This document shows positions 9,767 through 21,547 of a DNA stretch of 64,000 nt, piece after piece; the first letter of the stretch is position 1; every line of letters begins with the position of its first letter. A model generated the notes under the pieces. That model worked only from the letters and a program-made list of their open reading frames with translations. It was not told where the DNA came from and searched no databases. The position numbers were made by a program, and so were the translations under genes. The DNA is from Terriglobia bacterium (GTDB taxonomy: Bacteria > Acidobacteriota > Terriglobia > JAJPHL01 > JAPKYU01), in contig CBDBKE010000002.1 of NCBI GenBank assembly GCA_965206645.1, positions 320,001-384,000 of the forward strand, read 5' to 3'.

Positions 9767-11611
9767 TCAGTCTTTCTTACGGATCTGGAGGCCTAGCTCG
9801 CGGAGCTGCGCTTCGCTGATCGGAGTGGGCGCGTCCACCATCAGATCCACCGCGCGCGCCGTTTTCGGGAAAGCAATCACCTCGCGGATCGAGGTCTCGC
9901 CTGCCAATAGCATCACCACGCGATCCAGCCCCAGCGCCATGCCACCGTGAGGCGGCGTCCCGTACTCGAGCGCTTCCAGAAAAAACCCGAACCGAGCGCG
10001 CGCTTCCTCTTCGCTGAAGCCCAAGGCGCGAAACACTTGCAATTGCACATCTCGGCGGTGAATTCGGATCGAGCCAGAGCCCACCTCAGTCCCATTCAGC
10101 ACCAAGTCATAGGCGCGGGAGCGCACTGCGCCTGGAGCGCTTTCCAACCTGCCCAGGTCTTCCTCGTGGGGCGAGGTAAAGGGGTGATGCGCTGCCACCC
10201 AGCGCCGGTCCTGCTCGCTCCATTCAAACATGGGGAAGTCGGTGACCCACAGGAAACGGAAGTCGAGGGGCTTCAGCAGCCGGTGGCGTTCGTTGTACTT
10301 CTGTCCCAGGTGCAGGCGCAGGGCGCCTGCGGCGTTGAAAATCGGCGTGTCGTGCGGAGTCACCGCCGGACCCGCCGGAGGAATCGGCTCACCGCGCGCC
10401 TCCGGGCCCAGCGGTGCAGCCATGATGGGGATCAGGTCCCCGACCTCAGCGGCCACGGCGCCGGCAACGCGGCGCGCCGTTTCCGGCAAGCTCCGGGCCA
10501 GCGAGCCCTCCAGCCCTTCGCCTGACAGGCGAAGGTCAGCAAAGCCGCGTGCGTTCCGCTCAGCGATGAACTGGTCAATCTCCTCCCGCTCCTTTCGCGA
10601 CAGGCCGGCGCATTGAGGCACGCGGAAAGCCACCAGCGGCAATTCCGGGTCAAAGCGCAGCTTGGCGGTCTCCTCCGGGGCGAACAGTTGGTTGACGCGC
10701 ACGAGCGGCGGCAGGCGCAGATCGGGCTTGTCGCTCCCGTAGAGGCGGATGGCCTCGTCGTAGGTCAGGCGCGGGAACGGCCTGGGCGCTTCCACTCCGG
10801 CCAGCGCGGCCAGACCGAGCATCAGCGGCTCAACCAGCTCGAAGAGCCGATCCTGCTGGGCAAAGGCCATCTCGATGTCCAGTTGGGTGAACTCGGGCTG
10901 GCGGTCGGCGCGCAGGTCCTCGTCGCGGAAGCACCGGACGATTTGGAAGTAGCGGTCAAAGCCGGCGATCATCAGAATCTGCTTGAACAACTGGGGCGAC
11001 TGCGGCAGCGCGTAGAACGAACCGGGCTGGATGCGGCTGGGTACCAGGTAATCGCGCGCTCCTTCGGGAGTCGAGCGGGTCAGGAACGGAGTTTCGATTT
11101 CGAAAAAGCCCTGCTCGGTCATGTACCGGCGAATCTCAAAGCAGATGCGGTGGCGCAACGCGAGGTTCGCTTGCATGCCCGGCCGCCGCAGGTCGAGAAA
11201 GCGGTAGCGCAGCCGGGTGTCCTCCTGAACGGTGGTGTTGTCTTCGATGGGGAAAGGCGGCGTGCGGGCATCATTCAGCACGAAGAGCTGCGCGGCAACC
11301 AGTTCAACGGCGCCGGTGGCCAGTTCCGGGTTGACGGTTTTCGGGTCGCGCTCGACCACCTGCCCGCGCACTCCCACGACAAACTCCCGGCCCAGCCTGC
11401 TAGCGCGCTCGTGGACCTGGGGAAGAAGATCCCGGTTGAAAACGACCTGGGTGACGCCGGCGCGGTCGCGCAAGTCAATGAAGATGAGGCTGCCCAGGTC
11501 GCGCTGTCGCGCCACCCAGCCCGTCAGCACCGCAGTCTGCCCGGCGTGTTCTGAGCGCAGCTCGCCGCACATGTGGGTGCGGCACAGGTCGCCCAGGAAG
11601 TCGAGTTTCAT
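9767..11611 (-). CDS. aspS: Aspartate--tRNA ligase, probably discriminating type
   Basis: [46 protein letters not shown] and [12 protein letters not shown] motifs. RDLG and DPK occupy the positions where non-discriminating enzymes usually have His and Gly. Confidence 0.97.
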   Translation of the reverse strand: MKLDFLGDLCRTHMCGELRSEHAGQTAVLTGWVARQRDLGSLIFIDLRDRAGVTQVVFNRDLLPQVHERASRLGREFVVGVRGQVVERDPKTVNPELATGAVELVAAQLFVLNDARTPPFPIEDNTTVQEDTRLRYRFLDLRRPGMQANLALRHRICFEIRRYMTEQGFFEIETPFLTRSTPEGARDYLVPSRIQPGSFYALPQSPQLFKQILMIAGFDRYFQIVRCFRDEDLRADRQPEFTQLDIEMAFAQQDRLFELVEPLMLGLAALAGVEAPRPFPRLTYDEAIRLYGSDKPDLRLPPLVRVNQLFAPEETAKLRFDPELPLVAFRVPQCAGLSRKEREEIDQFIAERNARGFADLRLSGEGLEGSLARSLPETARRVAGAVAAEVGDLIPIMAAPLGPEARGEPIPPAGPAVTPHDTPIFNAAGALRLHLGQKYNERHRLLKPLDFRFLWVTDFPMFEWSEQDRRWVAAHHPFTSPHEEDLGRLESAPGAVRSRAYDLVLNGTEVGSGSIRIHRRDVQLQVFRALGFSEEEARARFGFFLEALEYGTPPHGGMALGLDRVVMLLAGETSIREVIAFPKTARAVDLMVDAPTPISEAQLRELGLQIRKKD

Positions 11612-12969
11612 TGGTCCATGCCGCGGGCCTTGCCGCGAGCCGCCGGGCTGGCGCTGGTTGGCTCAGCCGTCTCGCGGGAGCGCCCCGGCGGCGGCAGTTC
11701 CTTGAGTAGCTCAGCTTTGCTCAGCTCCCGCTGTTCGCCCCGGGCCAGATCCCTCAGTGGATACCGACCTTGCCGGATTTCGTCTTCCCCCACGATCAGC
11801 GCGAACCGCGCCTTCTGCTTGCTGGCCAGCTCTAACGCGCGGCGCAGCTTCAAGGCTTCCGGTTGCAACTCCACGACCAGCCCGCGCGTCCGCAGCTCGC
11901 GAGCGAGTTCGGCCGCGTGGCGATAGGCGGGCCCAACCGGGCTGGCCGAGGCCGCGGCGGCTCCGGGCTCCGAAATCCAGGCTACGTATACGTCGAGTGC
12001 CAGCCCCGGTATCTCCACCCCCGAAGCCGCCAGAGCCAGCACAAAACGATCCTCGCCGATGGAGAAGCCAATCCCCGGCGCTTTCGGCCCACCCAGCGCC
12101 TCCGAGAGGCCATCGTAGCGGCCGCCGCCTAGCACCGCGTCTTGGGCGCCGAGGCCGCGATGCACAAACTCAAAAGTGGTGCGGGTGTAGTAGTCCAGAC
12201 CACGCACCATGCGCGGGACGACAGTGTATGCCACCCGGCGATCCTCTAGAGCTTGCTGGAGGGCTTGGAAGTGCTCGCGGCAGGGGTTGCAGAGCGAGTC
12301 CGCGACCGCCGGCAGCTTCTCAATGATGGGCTGATCGGCAGGCACCTTGCAGTCCAGCACACGCAGGGGGTTGGTGACGGCGCGGCGCTGGCAGTCGCCA
12401 CACATTTGGCCGCGCACCGCCGCCAGTTCCTGCCGCAGGCGTTCCAGGTAGCGAGGGCGGCAGCTCTCGTCGCCGATCGAGTTCAGTCGCAACTCGTAGG
12501 CCTTGAGTCCGGCACGGTCCAGCAGCTCCACCAGCATTTCCAGCATCTCGGCATCCACCGCCGGGCTTTCCGAACCAATGGCTTCCGCGCCGATCTGCGA
12601 GAACTGCCGGGAGCGGCCTTTTTGCGGCCGCTCCCGCCGGAACATCGGCCCCATGTAGTAGAGCTTGGTCAATCCGGGGCGCTGCCACATGCGGTGCTCG
12701 ATGTAGGCGCGGACGACCGACGCGGTCGCTTCCGGGCGCAGCGTCAGCGAGCCGCCGTCGCGGTCCTCGAACGTATACATCTCTTTGCGAACGATGTCGG
12801 TCTCCTCGCCCACGCTGCGGGCAAACAACTGGGTCTCTTCAAACAGGGGAGTGCGGATCTCCCCGTAGTTGTAGCTCGAAAATAGCTCGCGGGCCAGCGC
12901 CTCCAGCCGGTTCCAGAGCGCGGTTTCGGGCGGCAGGATGTCCCGGGTGCCTTTGACGGCGCGGATCAT
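11608..12969 (-). CDS. hisS: Histidine--tRNA ligase
   Basis: [34 protein letters not shown] and GGGRYDGL motifs; 4-bp overlap with aspS. Confidence 0.97.
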   Translation of the reverse strand: MIRAVKGTRDILPPETALWNRLEALARELFSSYNYGEIRTPLFEETQLFARSVGEETDIVRKEMYTFEDRDGGSLTLRPEATASVVRAYIEHRMWQRPGLTKLYYMGPMFRRERPQKGRSRQFSQIGAEAIGSESPAVDAEMLEMLVELLDRAGLKAYELRLNSIGDESCRPRYLERLRQELAAVRGQMCGDCQRRAVTNPLRVLDCKVPADQPIIEKLPAVADSLCNPCREHFQALQQALEDRRVAYTVVPRMVRGLDYYTRTTFEFVHRGLGAQDAVLGGGRYDGLSEALGGPKAPGIGFSIGEDRFVLALAASGVEIPGLALDVYVAWISEPGAAAASASPVGPAYRHAAELARELRTRGLVVELQPEALKLRRALELASKQKARFALIVGEDEIRQGRYPLRDLARGEQRELSKAELLKELPPPGRSRETAEPTSASPAARGKARGMDQ

Positions 12970-12996
12970 AAGAGGTCTTGGGTCTTTCCCCGCGTA

Positions 12997-13521
12997 CTAC
13001 TTCCTGCCGCTGTGTTCTGCCAGATAGGTCGCGGCATGCTCAACGTAGTTCGATGCGTGGCGGCGAATCACAGTGAGGTCTTCCGGGCCCAACTGACGCT
13101 TGAACCTGGCCGGGGTGCCCAGGAAAAGGCTGTTGGGGGGCACGACGGTGCCTTCCGTCACCACGGCGCCGGCGCCGACGATCGAGCCCGAGCCAACCTG
13201 CGCCCCGTTCAACACGATGGCGCCCATCGCAATCAGGCAATCGGATTCGATCCTACAGCCATGCAGGGTGACGCCGTGGCCGACGGTGACCCGGTCGCCT
13301 ACGAGCAGCGGGTGGAGGTCCCTCATCACGTGCAACACCGAGTTATCCTGGAGGTTGGTTTCGGCGCCGATGCGGATGTAGTTCACGTCGCCCCGAACCA
13401 CCGTGCCCATCCAGACGCTGGACCGCTCGCCGATCTCCACGTCGCCGATCACCTGGGCGCTTTCGTCAATGTAGGCATTGTGGGCGATGCGCGGCAGCGC
13501 GCCGCGGAAGCTGCGGACCAT
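12997..13521 (-). CDS. Gamma carbonic anhydrase family (YrdA/PaaY-like) hexapeptide protein
   Basis: IGDVEIG, RGDVN, NLQD, VLH and TVGHGVTLHGC motifs. Confidence 0.92.
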   Translation of the reverse strand: MVRSFRGALPRIAHNAYIDESAQVIGDVEIGERSSVWMGTVVRGDVNYIRIGAETNLQDNSVLHVMRDLHPLLVGDRVTVGHGVTLHGCRIESDCLIAMGAIVLNGAQVGSGSIVGAGAVVTEGTVVPPNSLFLGTPARFKRQLGPEDLTVIRRHASNYVEHAATYLAEHSGRK

Positions 13522-13664
13522 CGATCTCCTCGCTGGTGAAATTCGCCGAGAACAGGATAAGCGAGAAACCTAGCACAGCGAGCAGAGGCAGGCAAGCCGC
13601 ACCGGACCGCGGTAGTGGGTCATTTTCCGGGAAGCCGACCATTCGCCCAACTGAAACCGGGATT

Positions 13665-13692
13665 GATAAACGCTAGCCCGTTAGTAGAGACC
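13665..13692 (-). repeat. dif-like 11-6-11 site A: GGTCTCTACTA ACGGGC TAGCGTTTATC
   Basis: One of four near-identical imperfect palindromes. The repeat is directly seen; a recombination role is inferred. Confidence 0.6.
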
Positions 13693-13916
13693 TACCCTGC
13701 ATTTGCTGGTGACAAGAGGGTTTGCACCAGCAACCCGAGGCGCGCATAGCTCGGCTAAAGTGCTGTGGCTTGACACGGAGGATGAGCGACCGGTCAAATT
13801 GAGGTTTCCAGAGACCGGAACTGCTGGGGATTCAGTGACCCGTCTCTTGAATGATGCTAAAGCCCGCCTGCTCTGCCACCGGGTGAGTAGCCCCCATCAC
13901 GGATGGAGGACGCGGA

Positions 13917-13987
13917 TGCCAACCTATACCGTATGCGTGAACGACAACTTCCATTACATGGATGAGAGGGAGCACGAAAATCGTTGA
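13917..13987 (+). pseudogene. Short N-terminal gene remnant (MPTYTVCVNDNFHYMDE)
   Basis: Strong GGAGGA RBS and a protein-like start, but no continuing frame. Confidence 0.3.
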
Positions 13988-14114
13988 GTGGGAACCGGTA
14001 CTTTGGCTATCCTCTCGTTACGAGTAAGACCAGAACGAAAAGCTCGGTTGAGCGAAGCGGGCTAGCAAGGCTCAGTGCCTTAGGAGAAATTACAGACGAA
14101 AGGAACAAGGGAGC

Positions 14115-14890
14115 ATGTACATCCGGATCATCTTGGCAATGGCAACATTATGCTGCGTAGTGCCTGTAGCCACGTTAGGACGGCAGCTTGATGTGGCCGG
14201 ATCGGCCGATCACGAGGCAATCACGCGCTACAAAGGTTCTGTGTTGCTCTTCTACGACGAGCAGGAGTATGACGCTTACCTGCTTCCACTCGGAAACTGG
14301 ACTCGGGCCAAACGAGGTTTTGAGTCTTCGCGGACGGTCGAGGGTGAAGTCACTCGGCGATCTTATGTCGCCCCCGAAGGCCCCTCGGTTCTGGCGGTTT
14401 ACCGCAACTTCGAAAGGGCGGTTCAGAATAGCGGCCTGAAAATCCTCTATGGCTGCCTCGAGCAGAACTGCGACCGCAGGTTTGCAAGGAGCTTCATTGG
14501 GATGATGCCATACCGGCTCATCCCGAAGGATCACTATCACAACTTTCACGGACTTTCTCAGATGGCGTATATCGCCGGTGAAGGAGAGCACAAGGGGCGA
14601 CCTATATGGGTTTCCATTGGCATAGGCACGGTGACGGTAGCAGGATCCCGTTACAGGGATACAGACAATCGACGTCGCAGATTTGCCACCAACCGGGTTG
14701 TGTTCTTCGTTGATACGGTCGAGGGCGCCGAGATGGCGACGGACATGGTAACCATCTCCCTTGACAAACTGGCTCAGGCGCTAGCGAACGAGGGCAAGAT
14801 GGTTTTAGATGGCATTTTCTTTGATACCGGCAAGGCCGTTGTGAAACCGAAATCCGACGAGGCCCTCGCCATTATCGCGGATTACCTGAA
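14115..14890 (+). pseudogene. 5' part of a DUF4892-like/OmpA-family protein; remainder at 56156-56337 and 54639-54716 (minus strand)
   Basis: Signal peptide, DHEAITRYKGS, GIFFDTGKA; breaks at ADYL|IS. It rejoins in frame through TSD CTGAA to KGNSAMTFFVTGHTD. Confidence 0.88.
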
Positions 14891-16548
14891 CCCGGATTTC
14901 CGTTTTGAAACTCCAAAGCTAACCTTATACTGACCTCTGACGCCAATATTTATGCCGGTTCCAGCGTCAATACAGCTTCCGGAGGTAGAAACCGAGTGGG
15001 TGAGAGGCAAAATCAGCCCTTTCAGTTCTCTTTCAATGCTGCATTGAAGGTCGATTTCCAGGGGTCGCGGGTTACTTCCGACGGCGGCCTGATCCTCGTG
15101 CGCGAATCAGACGAACATTTGGGATTCGGAGAACTCATCAAACAGCACTTGGCCGATCCTCGGAGAAAGAACACACGGTTGCCCTTTGCTGACCTCCTGC
15201 GCCAGTCCGTGTACAGCCGCTTGGCGGGTTACGAAGATATGAATGACGCGGAACGGCTCTCTCAAGATCCGACGTTCCGGCTGATCGGTTCAGAAAAGAT
15301 CTGGGAGCGAGGAGCCGCGTTGACTTCCCGGCTGCAATCGTTCGAGACAGAACTACTGACGCAAGATGAGAACCTGGCTGGTTTGGCAGCGATCAACCGG
15401 GATTTAATCGCCAGGGCGGAAGCTATGGATTCCCCGCAACGGGTGGTGCTGGACATGGACTCGACCGAGATTCCGGTCTACGGCCAGCAGGAGCAGAGTG
15501 CCTACAACGGGCATTTCGAGTCGAGCTGCTATCACCCGTTGTTGCTGTTCAATCGCGAGGGTGACTGTCTGGCGGCCAAGCTGCGACCGGGCAACGTGCA
15601 CAGCGCCGAGGACTGGAAAGAACTTCTCCTGCCGGAGATCGAGCGGCAGCAGCAGCTGGGCAAGGAAGTGGTGTTTCGTGCCGACGCGGCCTTTGCCAAG
15701 CCGGAGATTTACGAGGCTCTGGAGGAGCGGGAGGTAAAGTACGCCATCCGCATCCCGGCTAACGACAGCCTACAGCGGGACATTGAGGAGTTGCTGACTC
15801 GGCCGGTGGGGAGACCCAGCAAGAAGCCGTTGGTGGAGTTCAAGGGCTTTCTATACCAAGCGGCCAGTTGGAAGACAGCCCGCAGGGTGGTGGCCAAGGT
15901 GGAGCATCATCCAGGGGAGCTGTTCCCGCGAGTAGGGTTTATCGTTACGAACTTGACTCTGCCAAGTCGGGCGGTGATGCGGTTTTACAACAAGCGGGGG
16001 ACAGCGGAGCAGTGGATCAAAGAAGGAAAGCAAGCAGTGAAGATGACGCGGCTCAGTTGTCACCGGTTCCGGTCGAACGAGGTCCGGCTGTGGCTCACCA
16101 TCATTGCCTATAATCTCGGCAACCTGTGGCGGCGACTGGTGCTGCCACAGAGAATCGGGAACTGGTCCCTGACGAGCTTGCAACAGCGGTTGGTGAAAAC
16201 GGGAGGACGGCTGGTGAAACATGCGCGATATTACTGGCTTTTGCTGGCCGAAGGGCACTTGAGCCGGAGGCTGTTCAGCAGCATGCTGCGAACGATCTCG
16301 GCACTGCCGCTGCCAGACGGCTAGCGAACCGGGAGAGAGGGTAATTTTAGGTGCTCAGAAGTGGTCGGGCCGGATAAGTGTCAGCGGCGCGGCAGGCTGG
16401 GCAGGCGAACCCCGCACAGCGACTCCGAAGAACAGCCAAAATGTGCCGCACTACCACCTCAAAGAGGCCAGAGCTGTTTGCGGTTGACACGACAGGGTAC
16501 GAGGCATAGCTTTTCGGGTGAAGAGGAAGCTCGAAATGGAAATTCCGG
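14891..16548 (+). mobile_element. IS1380-family copy 2 (type B, 1658 bp); transposase 14996-16324
   Basis: Same terminal motifs as copy 1. Its flanks CTGAA and ATGAG do not match each other but match sites near copy 4. Confidence 0.92.
16484..16512 (+). promoter_or_regulatory. Putative outward-facing sigma70 promoter inside the IS1380 right end
   Basis: TTGACA-17 bp-TAGCTT (TAGGTT in type A copies), 36 bp inside the IRR. Confidence 0.45.
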
Positions 16549-16595
16549 ATGAGTCCTATTCGCAGTTGCAGGACTTGCGCTTGAGGAGGATGTCG

Positions 16596-19500
16596 GTGAC
16601 TCTGAAACCCCTGAGCACCTCTCTGATCATCGCGCTCATACTGAGCGCGGCGGCGCGAGCAGAGGTGAGCTTCAATCGCGACGTCCGCCCAATCATGTCG
16701 GACACCTGCTTCCGTTGTCACGGTCCGGACGAGAATGCCCGCATGGCGGGTCTGCGGCTTGACATCCGGAAAGAAGCTCTGCGGTCCACCAAGTCCGGCC
16801 GCATTCCCATTGTTCCCGGCAAGCCGGAAGCGAGCGAGATTGTCAAACGCATCTTTTCGGATGACCCCAGGGTCATGATGCCACCGGCTTTCGCCGACAA
16901 GGAACTGACCGAGAGCCAGAAGGAAACCATTCGGCAGTGGGTGGCCGAAGGGGCGAAGTACGAGGGGCATTGGAGCTTCCAGCCCGTCCGGCGGCCGGCA
17001 GTGCCGGAGGTTGCGGAAAGAGGAGCCGCCATTCGCAATCCGATCGATTCGTTCATTCAGAATCGTCTGGCGAAGGAGGGATTGCAGCCGTCCCCCGAGG
17101 CGGATCGGCGGACGCTGATTCGGCGGGTCGCGCTAGACCTCACAGGTCTGCCGCCCACGCCTGCCGAGGTGGAAGCGTTTCTCAAGGACACATCGCCCAA
17201 TGCCTACGAAAAGCTGGTCGAGAAGCTGCTGGCTTCTCCGCGTTATGCGGAAAAGCAGGCGATGCATTGGCTCGACGCGGTCCGCTATGCAGACACGCGC
17301 GGGTTCCATGGGGATAACGACCAGCCGGCGTGGCCCTATCGAGATTACGTGTTGCGGGCGTTTCTCGACAACAAGCCGTTCGATCAATTCACACGGGAGC
17401 AGATTGCGGGAGATCTCTTGCCGGATGCCACCGTGCAGCAGCGAGTTGCCTCAGCATATAACCGCATCCTTCGCACCTCGCGGGAGGGCGGCCTCCAGGA
17501 AAAGGAGTACCTGGCCAAGTACGCCTCCGACCGCGTGCGGACAACGTCCAGCGTCTGGCTCGGTCTGACAATGGGCTGCGCGGAGTGCCACGACCACAAA
17601 TTCGATCCGGTGAAGACGAAGGACTTCTATTCGATGAAAGCCTTCTTCGCCGACATCAAAGAGAAGGGTCTTCTACCCGGTTCCGGCCCGGAAGCCTGGA
17701 TTGCAACCCTGTCGTTGCCAACCCCAAAGCAGCGTACGCGATTAGCCGAGCTGAATGAAGCGGTCAAGGCGGCCGAGCAGGCGCTCCAGGAAAAGACGGC
17801 GAGCCTGGCACCACAGCAGGCGGAATGGGAACAGCAACTGTTGGCTGACTTTGAAGCAGGCCGGCTAGAGTGGCGCTATCAGCGACCCTTCTCGGCTAGC
17901 TCCAGCAATGGCGCGCACCTCACCATCTACGACGACGAGCTCGTCGAACGCACCTTCCATGTCGACGCGAAGGCGACGCTGGTCACACAACGAGAGCCCG
18001 GAAATGGTCTGGTGGTGGTCAGCGGACCGAATCCGGACAACGAGACTTACACGATCAGCTTCAAGCCAGGGCTCGGTACATGGACGGCGCTCGGGGTGCA
18101 GGCAATCCAGGATGAAAGTCTGCCTGGCAAGCGGCTGGGGCGAGGCGCGGATCGCTTAGTCCTGACCGAGGTCGAGGCCGCATTGTCGGCCAATGGGAAG
18201 ACGCCAGAGCGGAAACTCTCGTTCGTTCTGGCGACCACCCGCGGATCTAGAGGACCCCTGGAGCAGCCGCCAATGGCCGCCATTGACGGCGACCCGGCCA
18301 GCGGTTGGGCTGGCGATTCGGGAAGTCCAGTCGACGAGGGCAGGAGCCCGTTTCTCGCGCTCCGTTTCGCTGAGCCTGTCAAGACGGACGCAACCTCGGT
18401 GATCACGGTCCGTCTCCGGCACGATTTCTCGCTTCGCCGTGCAACGATCGGCCGGCTGCGCCTTGCGCTCTCCTCCGGCCGATACTCCTGGCCGCTGGAT
18501 GATTTAGATACCGCAGAGGATGACCCAGAAGTTAGCGAGCGGCGCTCCAGTAAAGGTGGCGCAGGTGATGGTATGCCCAGCGAGGTGCTGGAGGCCCTCA
18601 AAGTTGCCCCCGAGGCGAGGTGCGACAACCATCTCAAGGCCCTCAGGGAGCATTTCCAATGGTCCTCTCCCGGGCTGCAGCCGCTTTTTGTCCAGCTGGA
18701 ACGCCTGAAAGCTGCCCGGGCTTTGCTGGAAACTGAGATTCCCACGGTGATGGTTACCGAAGCGACCAAACCACGGGAAACCCGCGTTCTCCCACGAGCG
18801 AACTGGATGGATGAGTCGGGCGAGATTGTGCAACCGTTGATTCCCGGCTTCCTCGGCCAAATGGAAACCAACGGCCGCCGAGCGAATCGTCTGGATCTGG
18901 CAAACTGGATTGGCTCCCGTAAGAACCCAATGACGGCGCGGGCGTTCGTCAATCGCCTATGGCGGCAGTTCTTCGGCATGGGGTTGTCCAAGGTGCTCGA
19001 CGATCTGGGCTCGCAGGGCGAGTGGCCAACACACCTTGAGCTGCTCGACTGGCTCGCCGCCGAGTTCATGGGGCCGAGTTGGAGGGCAGACGGCACACAC
19101 CCCTGGGATGTGAAGCACGTTATCCGGACGATTGTTACGAGCCACACCTATCGTCAGTCCTCCATGAGCAGCCCCCAATTCGACGAGCGAGACCCAGGCA
19201 ACCGGCTTCTGGCGCGCCAGAGCCGCTTCCGGGTAGATGCGGAAGTCGTCCGCGACGTCGCGCTGGCTGTGTCCGGTTTGTTGGTCGAAAAGTTCGGCGG
19301 CCCAAGCGTCCGACCGTATCAACCGGAAGGCTACTTAACGGCGATGAATTTCCCCATGCGCGCATACTCGGCAAGCCATGGCGAAAACCTGTACCGTCGA
19401 GGCGTCTATACTCATTGGCAGCGGACGTTCTTGCATCCCAGCTTGTTGACCTTTGATGCGCCTTCGCGTGAGGAGTGCACGGTGAGCCGGATGAGTTCCA

Positions 19501-19850
19501 ACACGCCGTTGCAGGCATTGATCCTCCTGAATGATCCCGTCTTCGTCGAAGCCGCGCGGGTGTTTGCGCAGAACATCCTGAAGAAAGGAGGTCCCACGCT
19601 CGATGCGCGCATCGGCTGGGCCTTCCTACAAGCCCTCAGCCGGAAGACGACTCCTGCCGAGCGAAAAATCCTCGCCGACCTACACAAGAAGAGCCTGGCG
19701 GAGTTTACTGCGCATCCGCAGAAGGCGCGAGAATTCGTTCGTGTGGGAGAATCGCCACTGGCGACGGATGTAAGACCAACCGACCTGGCGGCGATGACAA
19801 CCGTGGCGCGGGCGATCCTGAACCTCCATGAGACCATTACGAGGAACTAG
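16596..19850 (+). CDS. PSD1/planctomycete cytochrome c domain protein (DUF1549 + DUF1553)
   Basis: Signal peptide, FNRDVRPIMSDTCFRCHG, WLDAVRYADT, CAECHDHKFDP, THLELLDWLA and NTPLQALILLN motifs. GTG start follows GGAGG; the ORF-track N-terminus is IS-derived. Confidence 0.92.
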   Translation: MTLKPLSTSLIIALILSAAARAEVSFNRDVRPIMSDTCFRCHGPDENARMAGLRLDIRKEALRSTKSGRIPIVPGKPEASEIVKRIFSDDPRVMMPPAFADKELTESQKETIRQWVAEGAKYEGHWSFQPVRRPAVPEVAERGAAIRNPIDSFIQNRLAKEGLQPSPEADRRTLIRRVALDLTGLPPTPAEVEAFLKDTSPNAYEKLVEKLLASPRYAEKQAMHWLDAVRYADTRGFHGDNDQPAWPYRDYVLRAFLDNKPFDQFTREQIAGDLLPDATVQQRVASAYNRILRTSREGGLQEKEYLAKYASDRVRTTSSVWLGLTMGCAECHDHKFDPVKTKDFYSMKAFFADIKEKGLLPGSGPEAWIATLSLPTPKQRTRLAELNEAVKAAEQALQEKTASLAPQQAEWEQQLLADFEAGRLEWRYQRPFSASSSNGAHLTIYDDELVERTFHVDAKATLVTQREPGNGLVVVSGPNPDNETYTISFKPGLGTWTALGVQAIQDESLPGKRLGRGADRLVLTEVEAALSANGKTPERKLSFVLATTRGSRGPLEQPPMAAIDGDPASGWAGDSGSPVDEGRSPFLALRFAEPVKTDATSVITVRLRHDFSLRRATIGRLRLALSSGRYSWPLDDLDTAEDDPEVSERRSSKGGAGDGMPSEVLEALKVAPEARCDNHLKALREHFQWSSPGLQPLFVQLERLKAARALLETEIPTVMVTEATKPRETRVLPRANWMDESGEIVQPLIPGFLGQMETNGRRANRLDLANWIGSRKNPMTARAFVNRLWRQFFGMGLSKVLDDLGSQGEWPTHLELLDWLAAEFMGPSWRADGTHPWDVKHVIRTIVTSHTYRQSSMSSPQFDERDPGNRLLARQSRFRVDAEVVRDVALAVSGLLVEKFGGPSVRPYQPEGYLTAMNFPMRAYSASHGENLYRRGVYTHWQRTFLHPSLLTFDAPSREECTVSRMSSNTPLQALILLNDPVFVEAARVFAQNILKKGGPTLDARIGWAFLQALSRKTTPAERKILADLHKKSLAEFTAHPQKAREFVRVGESPLATDVRPTDLAAMTTVARAILNLHETITRN

Positions 19851-19860
19851 GGAGACTCCG

Positions 19861-21297
19861 ATGGACCCAGAATCATTGGCCTTGCAGATTCACCGGCGGA
19901 CGTTCCTGCGCTACGGCATTTCAGGACTGGGCCTGGTGGCGTTGAATTCATTACTCGATGCGAGGCTCTTGGCTTCGGAAGCGGCCCTGGGAACCCAGGG
20001 GTCGCAAGGAGCTGTGGACCCGCTACATCATCCGGCGAAAGCCAAGCGCGTTATCTTTCTTTATCAGGCAGGCGGACCATCGCACCTTGAGACCTTCGAT
20101 TACAAGCCAAAGCTCGCCGAAATGAACAGTAAACCAATGCCCGAGTCCTTCACCAAGGGCCAACAGCTGGCCCAGCTGCAGGGCAAGCCACTGGTTTGCT
20201 TTGGACCGCAGCACGAGTTCAGCAGGTTTGGCAAATCGGGGCTCGAGATCTGCGGGTTGTTTCCACACATCGGCAGCGTCGCAGATGATGTTTGCATTAT
20301 TCGCTCGATGTGGACGGAACAGATTAACCACGATCCGGCCCATACCTTGATGAACACTGGAGCGATCGTCGCGGGCCGGCCGAGCATGGGATCATGGTTG
20401 TTGTATGGGCTCGGGTCGGAAGCCAGCGATTTGCCGGGTTTCGTGGTGCTCGCCTCAAAGGGCAAGGGTGGGCAGATGCAGCCGATTGCGGCACGGCAAT
20501 GGGCCTCCGGATTCCTGCCCGGGAAATTTCAGGGTGTAAAGTTCAACTCCATCGGGGACCCCGTACTATACATCCAGAACCCGCAGGGCTTGAATGCCAG
20601 CATCCAGCACGCTTCCGTGCAGGCGATTCAGGCCATCAACAAGATCCAGCACGAAGCGCGGCGGGATCCGGAGGTTCTTACGAGGATTTCGCAATATGAG
20701 ATGGCGTTCAAGATGCAGACCAGCGTGCCGGACCTCATGGACATGAGCAAGGAGCCACCCCATATCCTGGAAATGTATGGTGCCAAGCCAGGGGATGGCT
20801 CTTTTGCGTCCAATTGCATGCTGGCGCGGCGCCTGGCAGAGCGCGGCGTGAGGTTCATCCAGCTGTATCACCGGGACTGGGACCACCATGGCGCGGTCAA
20901 AAACAACGTTGCCATCAAGGCGCAGGAAACGGACCGGGCTACTGCCGCGCTGATCAAAGACTTGAAGCAGCGAGGCATGTTTGAGGATACGTTGGTTGTT
21001 TGGGGAGGCGAATTCGGTCGGACACCCATGTCGCAGGGGGACAACGGGCGCGACCATCACATCAAGGGCTTCTCGTTCATGCTGGCGGGTGGTGGGATTA
21101 AGGGCGGCATCACGTACGGGGCCACCGACGAGCTGGGCTATGCGGCGGTGGAAAAACCCGTCAGCGTCCACGACTTTCATGCCACTATGCTGCACCTACT
21201 GGGGATCGATCACCTGCGCATGACGGTCAAGTTCCAGGGCTTGGACGCACGGCTGACGGGGGTTTCTGGTGAGGTCCTGAAAGAAATTCTGGCTTAG
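19861..21297 (+). CDS. DUF1501 family protein (sulfatase-like fold, Tat signal)
   Basis: RRTFL; GGPSHLETFDYKP, ARRLAERGVRF, WDHH, GEFGRTP and GRDHH motifs; usual partner of PSD1 proteins. Confidence 0.92.
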   Translation: MDPESLALQIHRRTFLRYGISGLGLVALNSLLDARLLASEAALGTQGSQGAVDPLHHPAKAKRVIFLYQAGGPSHLETFDYKPKLAEMNSKPMPESFTKGQQLAQLQGKPLVCFGPQHEFSRFGKSGLEICGLFPHIGSVADDVCIIRSMWTEQINHDPAHTLMNTGAIVAGRPSMGSWLLYGLGSEASDLPGFVVLASKGKGGQMQPIAARQWASGFLPGKFQGVKFNSIGDPVLYIQNPQGLNASIQHASVQAIQAINKIQHEARRDPEVLTRISQYEMAFKMQTSVPDLMDMSKEPPHILEMYGAKPGDGSFASNCMLARRLAERGVRFIQLYHRDWDHHGAVKNNVAIKAQETDRATAALIKDLKQRGMFEDTLVVWGGEFGRTPMSQGDNGRDHHIKGFSFMLAGGGIKGGITYGATDELGYAAVEKPVSVHDFHATMLHLLGIDHLRMTVKFQGLDARLTGVSGEVLKEILA

Positions 21298-21424
21298 TCG
21301 GGCCAGCCATATACCTCAATCTCAAAGGGCAAAGCCAATACAGCTTTACAATTCCATTGGCCAATCCCATTGGACAGAAGGTCCTTGACAGCGGTGGAAG
21401 CCCCAAGGGAGAATCATTATCACG

Positions 21425-21520
21425 GTGCAGTTCGGTCGGAGAGAGTTAAGGCTTTGTTGCCCTACGCCGGGATGTTGTTGCCCGTGCGGGCGGCTCTCCG
21501 GCGGACGGTTCGTCTCGTAG
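21425..21520 (+). CDS. Putative cysteine-rich leader peptide MQFGRRELRLCCPTPGCCCPCGRLSGGRFVS
   Basis: GTG...TAG, 31 aa with 6 Cys codons in an 11-codon span. It lies between TTGACA (21385-21390) and a terminator upstream of the sulfite reductase. Confidence 0.7.
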   Translation: MQFGRRELRLCCPTPGCCCPCGRLSGGRFVS

Positions 21521-21547
21521 CTTGTAGCCTAAGTTATCATCCAGCTG

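Noticed and set aside
16518-16595. N-terminal extension of the 1110-aa ORF
   Set aside because: It starts inside the IS right end; the RBS and signal peptide point to about 16590-16596.
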